Positions 36,826 through 49,319 of a stretch of DNA of 64,000 nucleotides are shown piece after piece. The first letter of the stretch is position 1; every line of letters starts with the position of its first letter. The DNA is from Mobula hypostoma. Lineage: Eukaryota. The notes under the pieces were generated by a model. It had not been told where the DNA came from. It searched no databases and saw nothing but the letters and a program-made list of their open reading frames with translations. Position numbers and translations under genes: made by a program. The stretch lies in contig NC_086108.1 in NCBI RefSeq assembly GCF_963921235.1, positions 47,246,001-47,310,000 of the forward strand, given 5' to 3'.

Positions 36826-39086
36826 TAGTTTAATTATGGTCAATATTAGAGTGATTATTCAATGAAATGGAAGAATGATAACAAATATGTAGAGCGAAGC
36901 AATAAGGGATGCTCTAGAAATCAGACTTTTCTGACTTAATGGCGAAATCAGCTTTTAGACAGTTCTCAGGAACCCAACCATCATGTAACCAGGAAGTGCC
37001 TGTACTGTGGTTCTCATTTCAGTCACGGTGAGCACTTCACAGGTCTGTGTTTGGAGGCTGGGATGGATGGGCTAACCTTACCCTACAACCCACCCTGCAC
37101 TGCTCACAATGCGACAAACTGCCAGCAACAAGCTGCATGATCAGTTACAGCAAATAGTTCTGTATACAAATTGCCTCTACCATTTTCCCAAGGAATGATT
37201 CCAAAACTTTGCGAATTCCTCTTTCAAAATACAATATGTTGTGAAGCCATTTTACACTTGCAGCCTAGCTTTAATCAGTCTTCATATTCAGTATTGCTCG
37301 TATTATAGTTTTCTGCCCTGGTTCCTTTCAATAACCAATTCATAAAGAAAGTCCAAGGCACAGGAACTTGGACATTTCAGCACACAGCAATTAACAATAA
37401 TGACATATTTTAAATAGTTCATTACTTTTTTTAAACAAATAAATTTGTTTCATTGAAAAGCATGGGACACCAAAATGAAGTTAAACTTTCAAATCCTGTA
37501 CTTATGAAAATATGGAACAGGCACTTCACTGGGTATGGAGTTATTTTAAGATTAACTTATATTTAGTTAGCCCCTTTAAATAAGCATCACTGGAATTCAA
37601 TTAATAAAGCCACTAAGTCTAGCATCTCATGAAAAGCCCCATAGGAATATATCAAACTTTGATTGAATTCAAGCTACAATTCAAAAACTGGACAATTAAG
37701 GGGGTCAGACTCTAAATACGGAAGTTCCCAAAAAATAGCTATGGATTCCATCATGAGGAAAATGCTTAATGACTTTTCAGATAAGATTCAATGGAGCATT
37801 CTGAAGCTGTGCAATTATGATTTGATTAGAGTATCTGAAAAGGATACGTAAACTCATTGCCAATGACATTCCTTTTAAAAAATTATTAATAGCCACCTTT
37901 ATTAATGACGTGGACGTGCATGTTATCAGAATGATATGCACTCAACCTACAGAGAATTCTCAGCTGTGGCAAGCACACCTCAATATCTTGGGGAAAAAAA
38001 CAATGTTTGACAGATCATTCTTAATCTGAAAAATTCGGTTAGAGTATAAATAGCCCCATTAAATATGAAATAAAAATGAATGGCATGTGAATTTATTTAA
38101 GCAGGTGGACAGTGAGAAAGATTTAGGAGTTGGAATGAATCAACCATAGAAGGTTTACAATTTCTCCCACTTTGCCATAGCTAAAACAAGCAGTTTGATG
38201 TTTAATCTAAGGGACAATTCACAACCAAGTAAAGCACATTATTCTGTTCCTTATGACCTTCAATCTCAGTTTGAATACAGAGTTTAGTTTCCACCTCCTC
38301 ACAGTAGTAAATTTAGCAGCTTCTGAGAGTATGGCATTGGAGGCTATTATTGATTCCTCTTTATAAATTTTGATAAACCCAATAGGTTGGAAGAATTGGA
38401 TCTTTTGAGAAAGAGAACTGAGAGCAATGTGACAAAGGGCAATAATATAATGAACTAATTGGGACTGTTGTCAAAGACTGACTATCTACAAATTAGTTGA
38501 GGCCAAGCAATATTGGATGCTGTTTTTCTTTACCAGAGAATGGCAGAGCAATGGAATAGATTTGACAAATTGTGTATGAAAATGTTCACTGTATTCTCTC
38601 TTGAGAGACAAGTGAATCTATTTCCAGCTAGCACAAAAAAAGCATAGGATGCTTAGAAATAAATAATTATTTTTTTTAAAAAGGGGATCAGTAGCCTGAC
38701 TCCAGTAGTAGTTTTGACTGCCTGCAGTGATAAAGGAGTAAGATCCAGATTGTGTCCTCAAATATCCTGCATTTTTAGAGATAGGTTTTACCTTTTCCTT
38801 CAGATTACATAGTCAAGACATCACAACGATACAGGAGTTGTTGAATGAGCTATTTAAAATCTGTAGCATTCAACCAACTCAAAAGTGAACAAATGTTAAG
38901 TTAAATCCATAAACATGGAGACAATGCCTTTTGAACAAAAATATCTCGACTGTGGAGGCCAAGTTCTTCAGTATATTTAAAGCGGAAACTTACAGGTAAT
39001 TGATTAGTAGGGGTATCAAAGGTACTAGGGAGAAGGTAGGAGAATGGGGGAGGCAAGAGAATGGGATCGAAAGGAGAATTCAATAT

Positions 39087-39370
39087 ACTTAGTTAGCGAT
39101 ACAGAGCGGAATAGGCCTTTCTGGCCCTTCGAGCTGTACCGCCCAGCAATCCTGATTTAAATCTAGCTTAATCATGGGACAATTTACAATGATCAATTAA
39201 CCTACCCAATACGTCTTTGGACCATTGGAAGGAACAGCAGGATCCTGTTGAAAAACATACACATTCCACGGAAAGGACATACAGATACGTCTTACAGGGG
39301 ACACCTGGATTGAACTCCAAATTCCAATGCCTCGAGCTGTAATAACATCATGCTAACCACTCGTGTGCCC
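39087..39370 (-). mobile_element. V-SINE copy inserted in a CR1 3' fragment (38920-39440)
   Basis: Similar to 26798-27100 and 62261-62533 (ggaataggcctttctggcccttcgagc...ttgaactcc). Confidence 0.7.
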
Positions 39371-39629
39371 CATGATCGAATGGCAGAGCAGCTCCAAGTG
39401 GGATGAAAGACATAATTCTAGCCCTATGTCTTATGGTCTAAGCACCCAAGCAATCATATTGTCAAGTTCACTGGTGACACGATGAGACAGACAACAGACA
39501 AAGGAGATGGTTATCGACTTCAGAAAAACCTGCACCAATCACACCCCTCTTTACATCAGCGGCACAGCAGTTTCAAAATCTTTGAACTGCATAGTTTGCA
39601 TTTCTTTCATGGTCCCAGAACAGAACCTC

Positions 39630-40215
39630 CACAGTCAAGAAAGTTCACCAATGCCTCTACTTCCTGAGGAAGCTGAAAAGTACTGATCATTTCACACTAA
39701 TACTCAAACTTCAATGGATACACAATGCAGAACGTGCTAAAATGCTGCATCCATGTGTGGTACAAAAAATGCACTGTGGCAGACAGGAGGGTTTTACAAC
39801 TGGTAGTTAAAACTGCCCAATGCAGCACCGGTATTAGCTTCTATACATGCCGGTGCCAGTGTTGCATTGGCAGTTTTAACTACTTATTATAGAGGGGGGG
39901 TGGGGGTGGGGTGTTGTGTGTGTGTATCTATTTATGTATTAATAGACAGATAGATAGATAGAGAACGGTGCCCAAAAAAGGCCAGCAATATCATACCATG
40001 AAGGATCCTATGCTTACAGACTGTTTGTCCCATTCCCATAAGTCACATTACGTACCTACGTATATAAGCTAATCTTATGTATATATGCCATATGCAATGG
40101 CTACTTGTACATTGTGTTTTACAGGATTGATTTTATGTTTATATTTATTGTGATTTTATGATTATTTAACAATCATTTCACTCTCCTTTACACTTGTGTA
40201 GTGAAGAATCTTGAA
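39630..40215 (+). mobile_element. Degenerate Rex1/Babar fragment with embedded G/GT/GATA microsatellites (39890-39962)
   Basis: gcctctacttcctgaggaagctgaa (LYFLRKL motif) and tail gaatcttgaatc. Confidence 0.55.
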
Positions 40216-40539
40216 TCTAAATGTGATTTTACTTAAAAAAAATTAATTAACTAAAATGGTGCCAAACAAATTATTTTATATTGTACAAAACATTATTTGT
40301 TAATTACAACCAGGTTATTTCATTAAGATTGTCACAGTGATTCATTCTTGAGAATGTTAAAATGAAACATATTAAAGGAATCTTTTCAGTATAATAATTT
40401 AGGAAATTAGCAGATTCCTTAAGATGTTTAAGCATATTTCTTTATAAATAAAGTTTTAGAATTCATTGCTTTATTTAACAAAGACAGAACTTCCCTATTG
40501 TCTGCATCACTACCTCATGTTTTATGTTTAAATCAACTC

Positions 40540-41790
40540 AAAGTGCTGCAAACTGTTCCAACATTCCTGAATAAATAACCCCTTCTCCAGCCTCCAACCC
40601 TCCTCCTCTTCTTGGACACTCCAATCTGCCTCTCTGCCTGCCCTGGATCTTTTCAATTCCAATTGCCGACGAGCCATCAATTGTCTCAACACCAGCACTC
40701 CTCTCTCCTCCTTGAACCTTACCTTCTCTGAATGCACTGCCTTCCCCTCTCTCCGTACCAATCCCAATCTTACCGTCAAGCCTGCAGACTCAGGGGGTGC
40801 TGTGACAGTGTGGCACACTGACCTCTATCTTCCTGAGGACAGGCGGCAAATCTCAGACACCTCCTCATACCTACTCCATGAGGAGGACCCCACTCCAAAC
40901 CATCAGAAAACTGTCTCAACACCATCACAAACCTCATCAACTCTGGAGAACTCCCATCCACTGCCACCAAACTCATAGTACATTTACACCGCACTACTCG
41001 CTTCTACCTCCTACCCAAGATCCAGAAACCTGACTGTCCGGGTAGGCCCATTGCCTAACAAACAAAGGAAAATCTGCCGGGGCTGAAAACCAAAGCACTG
41101 CACACAAAATGCAGGAGGAACTCAGCAGGCCAGGAGAGTAAACAGTCGGCATTCCAAGATCCTTCATCAGGGCCATTGTCTCTACCTGTTCCTGCCCCAC
41201 TGAACTCATGCCCTCATACCTTAACTCCATTCTATCCCCCTTGGTTCAGTCCCTTCCCACCTTCATCCTCAACACTTCTCATGCTGTCGATCTCCTCAGT
41301 AACTTTCAATTCCATGACCTAGACCACCTCATTTTTACCATGCATGTCCAGTCCCTATACACTTCTACCATCAGGAAGGCTTCAAAGCCCGCTGCTTCTA
41401 TCTCAACCCTCAGCGATCTTCCCTCGGCCCCATCCACTTTCTCCATATTCAAAGTAGCCACAGACACCTGCACGGGCCCCACCTACGCATACATCTTTGT
41501 TGGCTACATTGATGAATCTGCATTTATTCCAAGCCTTCCCCGGTGATGCTCCTTAACTCTTCTACCACTACGTTGATGACTGCATTGATGCTGATTCATG
41601 CACCCGCGCTGAGCTTGTCAATTTCATCAACTTTGCCTCTAACTTCCACCCTGCCCTTAAATTCATTTGGTTCATTTCTGACACCTCCCTCTACTTTCTC
41701 AATCTCTCTGTCTCCATCTTTGGAGACAAACTGTCAACTGACATTTTTTATAAACCTACCAATTCCCAGTTGTCTTGATTATATCTCTTT
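40540..41790 (+). mobile_element. Penelope-like element RT fragment, interrupted at 41056-41170 by a hairpin-family insert
   Basis: Motifs NLTVKPADSGGAVTVW, FYLLPKIQKP..PGRPI(VS), MHVQSLYT, GPTYAYIFVG and YVDD, broken by frameshifts. Confidence 0.88.
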
Positions 41791-42449
41791 TCACCAAATG
41801 AACTGTATGATCAGGTCATACCTTTCAACTTCTAACAGTATTAACTCGATCATCAGTTTTTTTTAAACTTAATTGCAACATGCACTTTTAAATGGAGACA
41901 AAAAACAGAAAATATTGGGAAACCACAGGAACTCAGGCAAGTCTATGAAAAGAAATGAACATTTAAGCATTAATCAGAATGCACTGTGCAGTTTGATAAG
42001 AATTGGCAGACATTTCTATTTTCATGCAGCATAATCCTTAATCACCTGTTGCAAATAGTCATTTTGCACATTTCTACACACAGATCCATTACTGTTGAAT
42101 ATTTCACTTACTATTTAACAGTTGACTAAAAACGTTATCAACAAGGCATGTGAAAACTACACAAAGTTCAATTGCCGTACACAGTAATTTGCCAGCTGTC
42201 CTCTGATTATTTAAAGATGTATTATTATACATTCATAAACAGTAATATTATCAACTCTGAGAGATGTGCACCTTTATATATACTTAAGAAAGACGATCAA
42301 CCTGCAAATATCACAGTAATCAAGATCTTTTCTATTTTAAACACCCCCCCCCCCCGTTTAAAGTCCTGAGCTCTGAATTAACCCCTTGCTGAAGGTATAT
42401 GACTATGGCATGTCACGGAGAGGCGAAGGAACCACATCCACTCACTCAC

Positions 42450-42589
42450 CTGAGTTGGCGTTTCTCTTCCTTCTCCATCGCCGCCACCATCCGCAGCCCC
42501 AGGCTGGACACAGTCAGCAGCAATAGCAGCAGCCTCCTGGCCGGGGCTGAGGATAAGCACCTCTCGCTACCACTTTCAACACCACTCAT
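42450..42589 (-). CDS. EDEM3: EDEM3 coding exon 1 (start codon and signal peptide)
   Basis: ATG at 42589 gives MSGVESGSERCLSSAPARRLLLLLLTVSSLGLRMVAAMEKEEKRQL(R): a hydrophobic signal-like stretch, then a match to mammalian EDEM3 'MSREEKQKLG'. Donor AG|GTGAGT at 42449; phase 2 fits exon 2. Lies next to a CpG-rich promoter. Confidence 0.88.
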
Positions 42590-42719
42590 CGGGCCGGCTC
42601 TCACCCACTTGCACACTGAGAGCAGAAATACTGCAGCAGTCTCCCATTCACTCACTCACTCACTCCTCACTCACACAACAATCATTAATGTAATGTCACC
42701 AGCTCCCGATCCCACCTCT

Positions 42720-42990
42720 TCCTGGTAGCCGCCATCTTTTGGTGACGCTAGAAAACTGACGTTGACAACTCCGCTATCCCCGCCTCCCCATTCACAGGCA
42801 CCACCGCTGATTGGTTTCGTCCCCGGCGATGATGTCACGTCCGCGGGAGATCTGTATGGCTTTTCCTTCCTTCCATCACCGCGGCAATCCCGCCATTCTG
42901 CAGCAGGGCTTGTTTGGTGACGCAATTTCCCGGCTGAAATAGCTTCCTTTGTCTCGCTACCGGACACTGATTGGTTGTAGAGCTGTCAAT
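42720..42990 (-). promoter_or_regulatory. EDEM3 CpG-rich promoter
   Basis: Local CpG enrichment immediately upstream of exon 1. YY1-type AAAGATGGCGGC (42728-42739), GC box (42778-42787), two CCAAT boxes (42810-42814, 42970-42974), several TGACG half-sites and ATGTCACGTC (42832-42841). Confidence 0.75.
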
Positions 42991-43474
42991 CATGGTTACC
43001 TCTGCTGGGTCAGGGTGGGAGCAACGTCCGGGAGTTGCAGTATCGTCAGGGGCGACCTGCTGGAGGTGGTGGGACTGGAATATTATTCGTATTGCTGAAA
43101 GCTGTGCTTATTTTATAATATGTAGAGAAGATGCCTTAGGTTTTGTGCCATTAGCCTGTTCTGCATTCTCCAGTGAATTGCCCCAGGCTTCTGTGAAGTT
43201 GTTTGAGTCTTGTCCTGTGTACTGAGGTACAGTGAAAAGCTCGTCCAAGCAGATCAAATGATCACAACAGTGTATTGATAAAGCAATAAAAGTATACGAA
43301 ATGCAACAGCTACAGAAAAAGTGCAGTGCAGGAAGACAATAAGGGGCAAGGTAGATGGTGGGGTCAAGAGTCCATCTCATCGAGTAAGGGAACATTAAAG
43401 AGTCTTATAGCAGTAGGGTGGAAACTCTGCTTGAGCCCAGTGGGATGTGCTTTCAAGCTTTTGTATCTTCTGCA

Positions 43475-43840
43475 ACACACAATCTGCTGGAGGAACTCAG
43501 TGGCCCAGCAATATCTATGGAAGGAAAAGAACTGCTGGTGTTTGGTGATTCAGTGGGTCCCTGATGTAGATTTTCGAGCTGAAATGTCAACATTTCCTTT
43601 TCTTCTCACATTCGGTTCTCGACCTGTTGAGTCCCCGGAGCAGATTGTTGTTGCTGCAGATTCCTTCCAGCATCGGCAAACTCAGCAGGTCAGACAGCAT
43701 CTATGGAGGGGAATAAAAAGTTGATGTCCTGCTGAAGGGTCTTGGCCCAAAACGTCGACTGTACTCTTTTCTGTAGGTGCCGCCTGGCCTGCTGAGTTCA
43801 AAATGCAGGAGGACCTCAGCAGGCCAGGCAGCATCTGCAG
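43475..43840. mobile_element. Cluster of Penelope-associated hairpin elements
   Basis: Repeated ctggaggaactcag / ctcagcaggtcagacagcatct / ctggcctgctgagtt units with degenerate hammerhead boxes. Confidence 0.7.
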
Positions 43841-43869
43841 TCTTATGGCCATTTTTTGCCCCTCATCTG

Positions 43870-46800
43870 CACAGATGGCGTGCATTCATGGGCTCAGTCA
43901 CTACTTCCTTCTGGATGTGATGAAAACTGCATTCATTACCCTTCTTCGTGTGTGGGGGTGGGTTGGAGCTACACAGCTCCTCTTTTGAGGAAACCATGAT
44001 GGCTATCATTAACTGAGGCTGAGGAAGGCCAGTGAAGTGTCCTGGGGTGATCAATAACAGCTTTAGATACTGTTGGAGGGGTGTGGATGTCCTGTCAAGG
44101 GAAAGCCACAACAGCAATGAATCTGGTTCTGTGGCTTAGAAGGGAAGCGGGGAGAAGAGGAGAGCACCATTGATGGGAGATTCATTGGTTGGGGAACGGA
44201 CCAGAGATTCTGTGGATGAGAGTAATGGTATGTTGTCTCCCCAGGGTCAGGGTCTTCACAGATCGGGTCCATAGCATTCTAAAGGAGGAGGGAGAGCAGC
44301 CAGGAGCGGTGGTACATATTAGTACCAATGATGTAAGTAGGAAAAGGGATGAGGTCCTGAAGAGTGAATATAGGGAGCTAGGAAGGAAGCCAAAAACAGG
44401 ACCTCAAGGGTAGTGATCTCTGGATTGGTGCTTCTGCCTCGCACCAGTGAGGGTAAGAACAAGAAGGTAAGACAGACAAATGCGTAGCTGAAGAGTTTGT
44501 GCAGGGGTCCAGGTTTCAGATTGGTGGATCATTGGCATCTCTTGTTGGGAAGGTATGACCTTTACAAAAGAAATGGGTTACAGCTGAACTTGAGAGGGAC
44601 CAATGTCCTTGCAGGCAGGTTTGCTTGAGGTGTTGGGGAGAGTTTAAACCAGGCTGGAAGGGGGATTGGAACCAGAGTGTGAGGTCAAATGATGAGCAAC
44701 TGGTGTAAAGATAGATGGGAAGTGTAGAGAGGCCGTGAGGAAGGATAGACAGTGGATAGGGCACAATTGCAGTCTGTTGTATGGCCATGCTCTTTTCTGT
44801 CTGCTGCTATCAGGTAGAAGGTACAGGGGTCTCAGGACTCACACCACCAGGTTCAGGAACAGTTACTACCCCTCAACCATCAGGCTCTTGAACCAAACGG
44901 GATAACTACACTCATTTAAGGGCTCTTTTATCTTGCTATTTCATGGGTTGTTTTACCTTGAGTGTTCACCTCGACAACAGACTTGATTGGAAAACCAACA
45001 CCAAGGCTGTTTACAGGAAGGGGGTGAGCAGACTCTATTTTCTAAGGAGGCTGAGATCCTTCAATGTGTGCAGCAGGATGGTGGAGATATTTCAGCAGTG
45101 TGTTGTAGCGAGTGCAGTCTTCTTTGCAGCTTAATGGTGGAGGAGCAGCATCGGTGCAGGTGATGAGAAAAGACTAGATAAACTCATCAAGAGGGATGGA
45201 TCCTTCCTTGGCAACAACCCGGACTTTTTTCAGTTAGTGGTGGAGAGGAGGTCACTAAACAAACTGTTATCCATCATGAACAATCTGGCACATCCTCTCC
45301 ATGACCTATTGAATAAGCATTTTCGAACAAACTCATTCAGCTCCGCTGTTGCAAGGATCGTTACAGAAAATCTTTCCCACCAAATGCAATAAGCACATAC
45401 AACAGTTCATCTCTGTGCAACAGAAGAACACACAATAGTCTCTGCTTAAATACTTCATACATTATTATTGCACATTGGAACTTTATTGTGTATATTATTC
45501 TGTACTTTATTAATAGTTAAGTCTGCACACTGCTAAATGTGTTTTTAAATGCTGCTGTAATGAAAGAATGTCCCACTTGGGATCAATAAAGTACTTATTA
45601 TTATGGTTGTTATTTATTGCTATTTATTTATCATCTGCATTTGCACAGTTTGTTTATAGTTCTTGATGTTTACAGTTTACTGTTCTATAGATTTGCTAAG
45701 TATGCCCGCAGAAAAAGAATCTCAGGGTTGATTGTGGTGACTTGTATGTACTCTGATAATGTTACTTTGAAATTTGAAGTGTGTTTCCTTTAAACCAAGA
45801 AGCATTAAGAATTCGGCTGATGAACTTAAGCATGGATCAGTAAATGGGATTACAATGTTGTGGCAATTACAGAGATTTCGCTGTTACATGTGCAGGATTG
45901 CCTGTTTAATGTTCTGAAGTTTAGATGTTTCAAAGGGATAAGGAGGGGGGAGTGGCATTGCTAATTGGGGATAGTATCACAGCTGCAGAAAGAGAGGATG
46001 TCATGGGGGGATCATCTACTGAGTGGAGGTGAAAGTCAGAAACAGCAAGGGAGTAATCACTCTCCTTAGATTATTCTATAGCCCCCCCCCCCCGCCACCA
46101 TACCTTATGAGGACCGGGCAAGTAGGCGGATTTTTGGAGAGGTGCACAAATAACCGGATCCTCGTCGTGGGTGGCTTGAGTTTCCCTATTACTGAATGGC
46201 ACTTCCTTAGGTTTAGATGGGGAGAATTTGCCAGATATGTCCAGGGTGGATTCCTGGCCAGGCCAATTAGACGAGAGGCCATACTGCATCAAAGTATGAG
46301 GTGAGGAGCCTGGTCAGATGGCAGACCTCTTGGTGGGCGAGCATTTTGGAGATGGTGACCACAACATTTAGCATAGCCATTGACAAGGATAGGAGCAGAC
46401 AATATTTGGAAAGTATTTAATGGGTGGGGGGAGCTAATTATGATGGTATTTAGGCACAAATATGTGACTGTAAAGTGGAAGCAGATGTTCTCAGGGAAGT
46501 GTGCTGCAGAAATGTGGAGGTTGTTTCGGGATCACCTGTATGGTATTCTACTGAAACAGAGGATGGTAGGGTAAAGGACCCATGGTTAACAAGCAAGGTG
46601 GATCATTTAGCAACATCCACAAAATTCTGGAGGAACTTTAGGCAGCATCTACAGAGGAAAATGAACAGTTCTGATGACGAGTCTCAGCCTGAAGCATCGG
46701 CAGTTGAAGCATGCTGAGTTCCTGCAGCATTTTGTGTGTGTTGCTGGTTTCCAGCATCTGGAGAATCTTCCCCCACCTTCTTATTCTGGCTTTTTCCCCA

Positions 46801-47375
46801 GTCTTGATGAAGGGTCCTGGTTTGAAATGTGGGCTCTTTATGTCAGGTTACTATCGGAAGCAAGAGAAGAGATTGATTGCTGGGACGTTGACAATGATCT
46901 TTGTGTACTCCTGGGCAATAGGAGTGGTATCAGAGGATTAGAGGAGGGCAAATGTCCTGTGTTCAAGAAATCGTGTGAAGTACAGATGAGTGAGCCTTAC
47001 GTCAGTGATGGGCAAGCTTTTGGAGAGGATTCTTAGGAACAAGATAACAGCATCTGGGGAAGCATAGGCTGATTAGGGATAGTCAACATGGTTTTGTGAG
47101 GGGCAGGTCATGCCTCATGAGCCTGAGTTTTTCAAGAAAGTGACAAAAGGTATGGATGAAGATAGAGTGTTGGATGAGGTGAAGATTGGGTCTAGTGAAG
47201 TGTATTTAGAAAGTCATGAGTCATGGCATCCATAGGAAATTGCTACATAGATTCAGAACTGGCTTGCCCCAGAAGGCAGAGGATTGTAGTAGATTGAACA
47301 TGTTCTGCCTGGAGGCCAGTAACTAGTGGTGTTATACAGGAATCTCTTCTGGGACCCCTACTCTTGGTAACCTTT
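43870..47375 (+). mobile_element. Degenerate CR1 (ORF1 esterase, endonuclease and RT remnants) interrupted by nested insertions
   Basis: ORF 44189..44413 VCCLPRVRV...VVHISTNDV (SGNH esterase-like ORF1); endonuclease remnants 45780-46370; RT remnants 46850-47375. Confidence 0.8.
44780..45780 (+). mobile_element. Rex1/Babar 3' end with a second Rex1-type LINE (44955-45605) nested in it
   Basis: VHLDNRLDWKTNTKAVYRKGVSRLYFLRRLRSFNV in ORF 44943..45134; inner tail gggatcaataaagtacttattattat; the outer tail resumes afterwards. Confidence 0.8.
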
Positions 47376-49319
47376 GGTTGGATGTGGGCACATCTTCTCA
47401 CTTTGGGCAGTTGGCAGAAGATAAATAGATACTCCACAACTTGTTTTCTAGGCCCGAGCCTTCTTTCTATAACCTTGAGTATTTCTTTCCTTAATAAATA
47501 TGCCAATTACATACATGTGATGTGCACTGGAACACATTAATTTATTTTATGACTGAAAATCTTAGCTCTTAACTGATACTGTTAGCTCAAAAAATGATTT
47601 TTTTTGTGTATGGAGTGGGCAAAAATCTACCCAAAGGAAATATAAAGATTTCTACCTTAAATGAATGAAAACAACACCATAGAAACATATAACTTGCAAA
47701 CAGGCCTTTCAGTCTGGCCATCAGTCACCCATTTTCTCATCAATTAAGTTCTATTCCTCACAGTCATACTCAGAACAATCTGCAGTGACCAATTAACCTA
47801 CTAATCTACACACCTTTGTGAACTGGGAGGAAACTTATAGGGACATAGGGGGAATATGTAAACTCCAACTCAGACAATATCTAAGGTCAGAGACAGTGGC
47901 TCTCTTAGCTGTGTTGCCCAATCTGAAAAACAAACTCTGAAAAGATGCACAGATTTGGTGTATCTAAATAGCTCTGTACATAAGATAGATCCTATTTACA
48001 GAACCATATCTTGCCCAATATTGCACACTTGACCTGAAACACATTTCATATATCAGTCAGCAGATCATCCTTGGGTTTAGAAAATATCACTTTCATATGG
48101 GTATCATAGATCCAAAAGAACTTTCGCTAATGAGTGGATTTTTTTAAACATTGAATCAAAGTGAAAGTTCCAAATTGTCAACTTCAAGAGTGTCGGTATG
48201 TAAATGAGAAGATAGATTCTTATTGGAAGATCTGAAGGCTAGCATGCTGGAGTAGTCCTCTTTATTAAGTAAACCCTTTGCCCTGTGAACCATGTAGTCA
48301 GAAGGTTTTAAACAAAAACCTGGAATTCTCTGCCTGATCTTTGAACAATGACTGTTATGAAAGTAAGTTCACTGCAGGCACACATGGATAAGTCACCAGG
48401 GTTTTTGTAGAGATCTTAATGAAGCTCAGACTTGATGTTATATAGGCCTTAGAATTTCTATTGCAATTATTCATCAATATATGAAAAGTTCAATAATTCC
48501 AGTAAAGTACACCTGAATGTTTTACAATTATCAAAAATAGCTTTATGATTGATGTCTTATTTGATACAATTGTGTGGACCTTTGAAGATGGATCCTTTAC
48601 TTGTTAGGCAGTTTTCCTGCAGCAGAGGGTTGAAGTTTTATTTCTTACTTAATAGCCACAGAGTTTGAAAGTAGATTTTAATAATTTTTAATGATGTATT
48701 AATTTAAAAAATTAAGTCATATTGAAGAAATAGGTCTTTAACGTACAGAGTCATGAAAGAGAATTTATCTGCTTCACACAGAAAATTGACAGTTAAAATA
48801 CCTAGTTTTACAACTTCCTTCAGTATCATCTTACTGATATATCCAAATTAATTCAGAAAATCCATAGAAGTTATATTACAGAATACATTTTAAGATAAAT
48901 TGTCTTCAGAGCCTCCCTCCTTCTGCTATGTAATAGCAACAAGGTTTATATTTAAAGTTCATGCACAGTAAAATTATTGAAAATTAATTTTTTTCAAAAG
49001 ATAACTGCTAACACCTTATTTCCAACATTAAATTTTGCCTACTCATTTTTACTACAAAAAGCCTGTATCGTTGTAAAAGTCAAAAGAACAATATAAAACT
49101 TATCTCACGTGGAAGTGCCAATGACAGTGGAAATGTCAAACAATTTGCAGAACATGGAAAACTATGATTAAAATATTACATGTGATTCCAACAGTTTTCA
49201 ACACTGAATGACACGTGTGCATTCTGCACTATTGCAGGAGAGCCTGGTTAAGTGTTTTAGACTAATAATATGAAATGACAGTAAACAAAATAGAAAAGTA
49301 GTACTTTGAAAAATCAGTG

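Noticed and set aside
42795..42845. Canonical ERSE (CCAAT-N9-CCACG) or ERSE-II
   Set aside because: Spacing and sequence do not match on either strand; only a separate CCAAT and an ACGT-core site are present.
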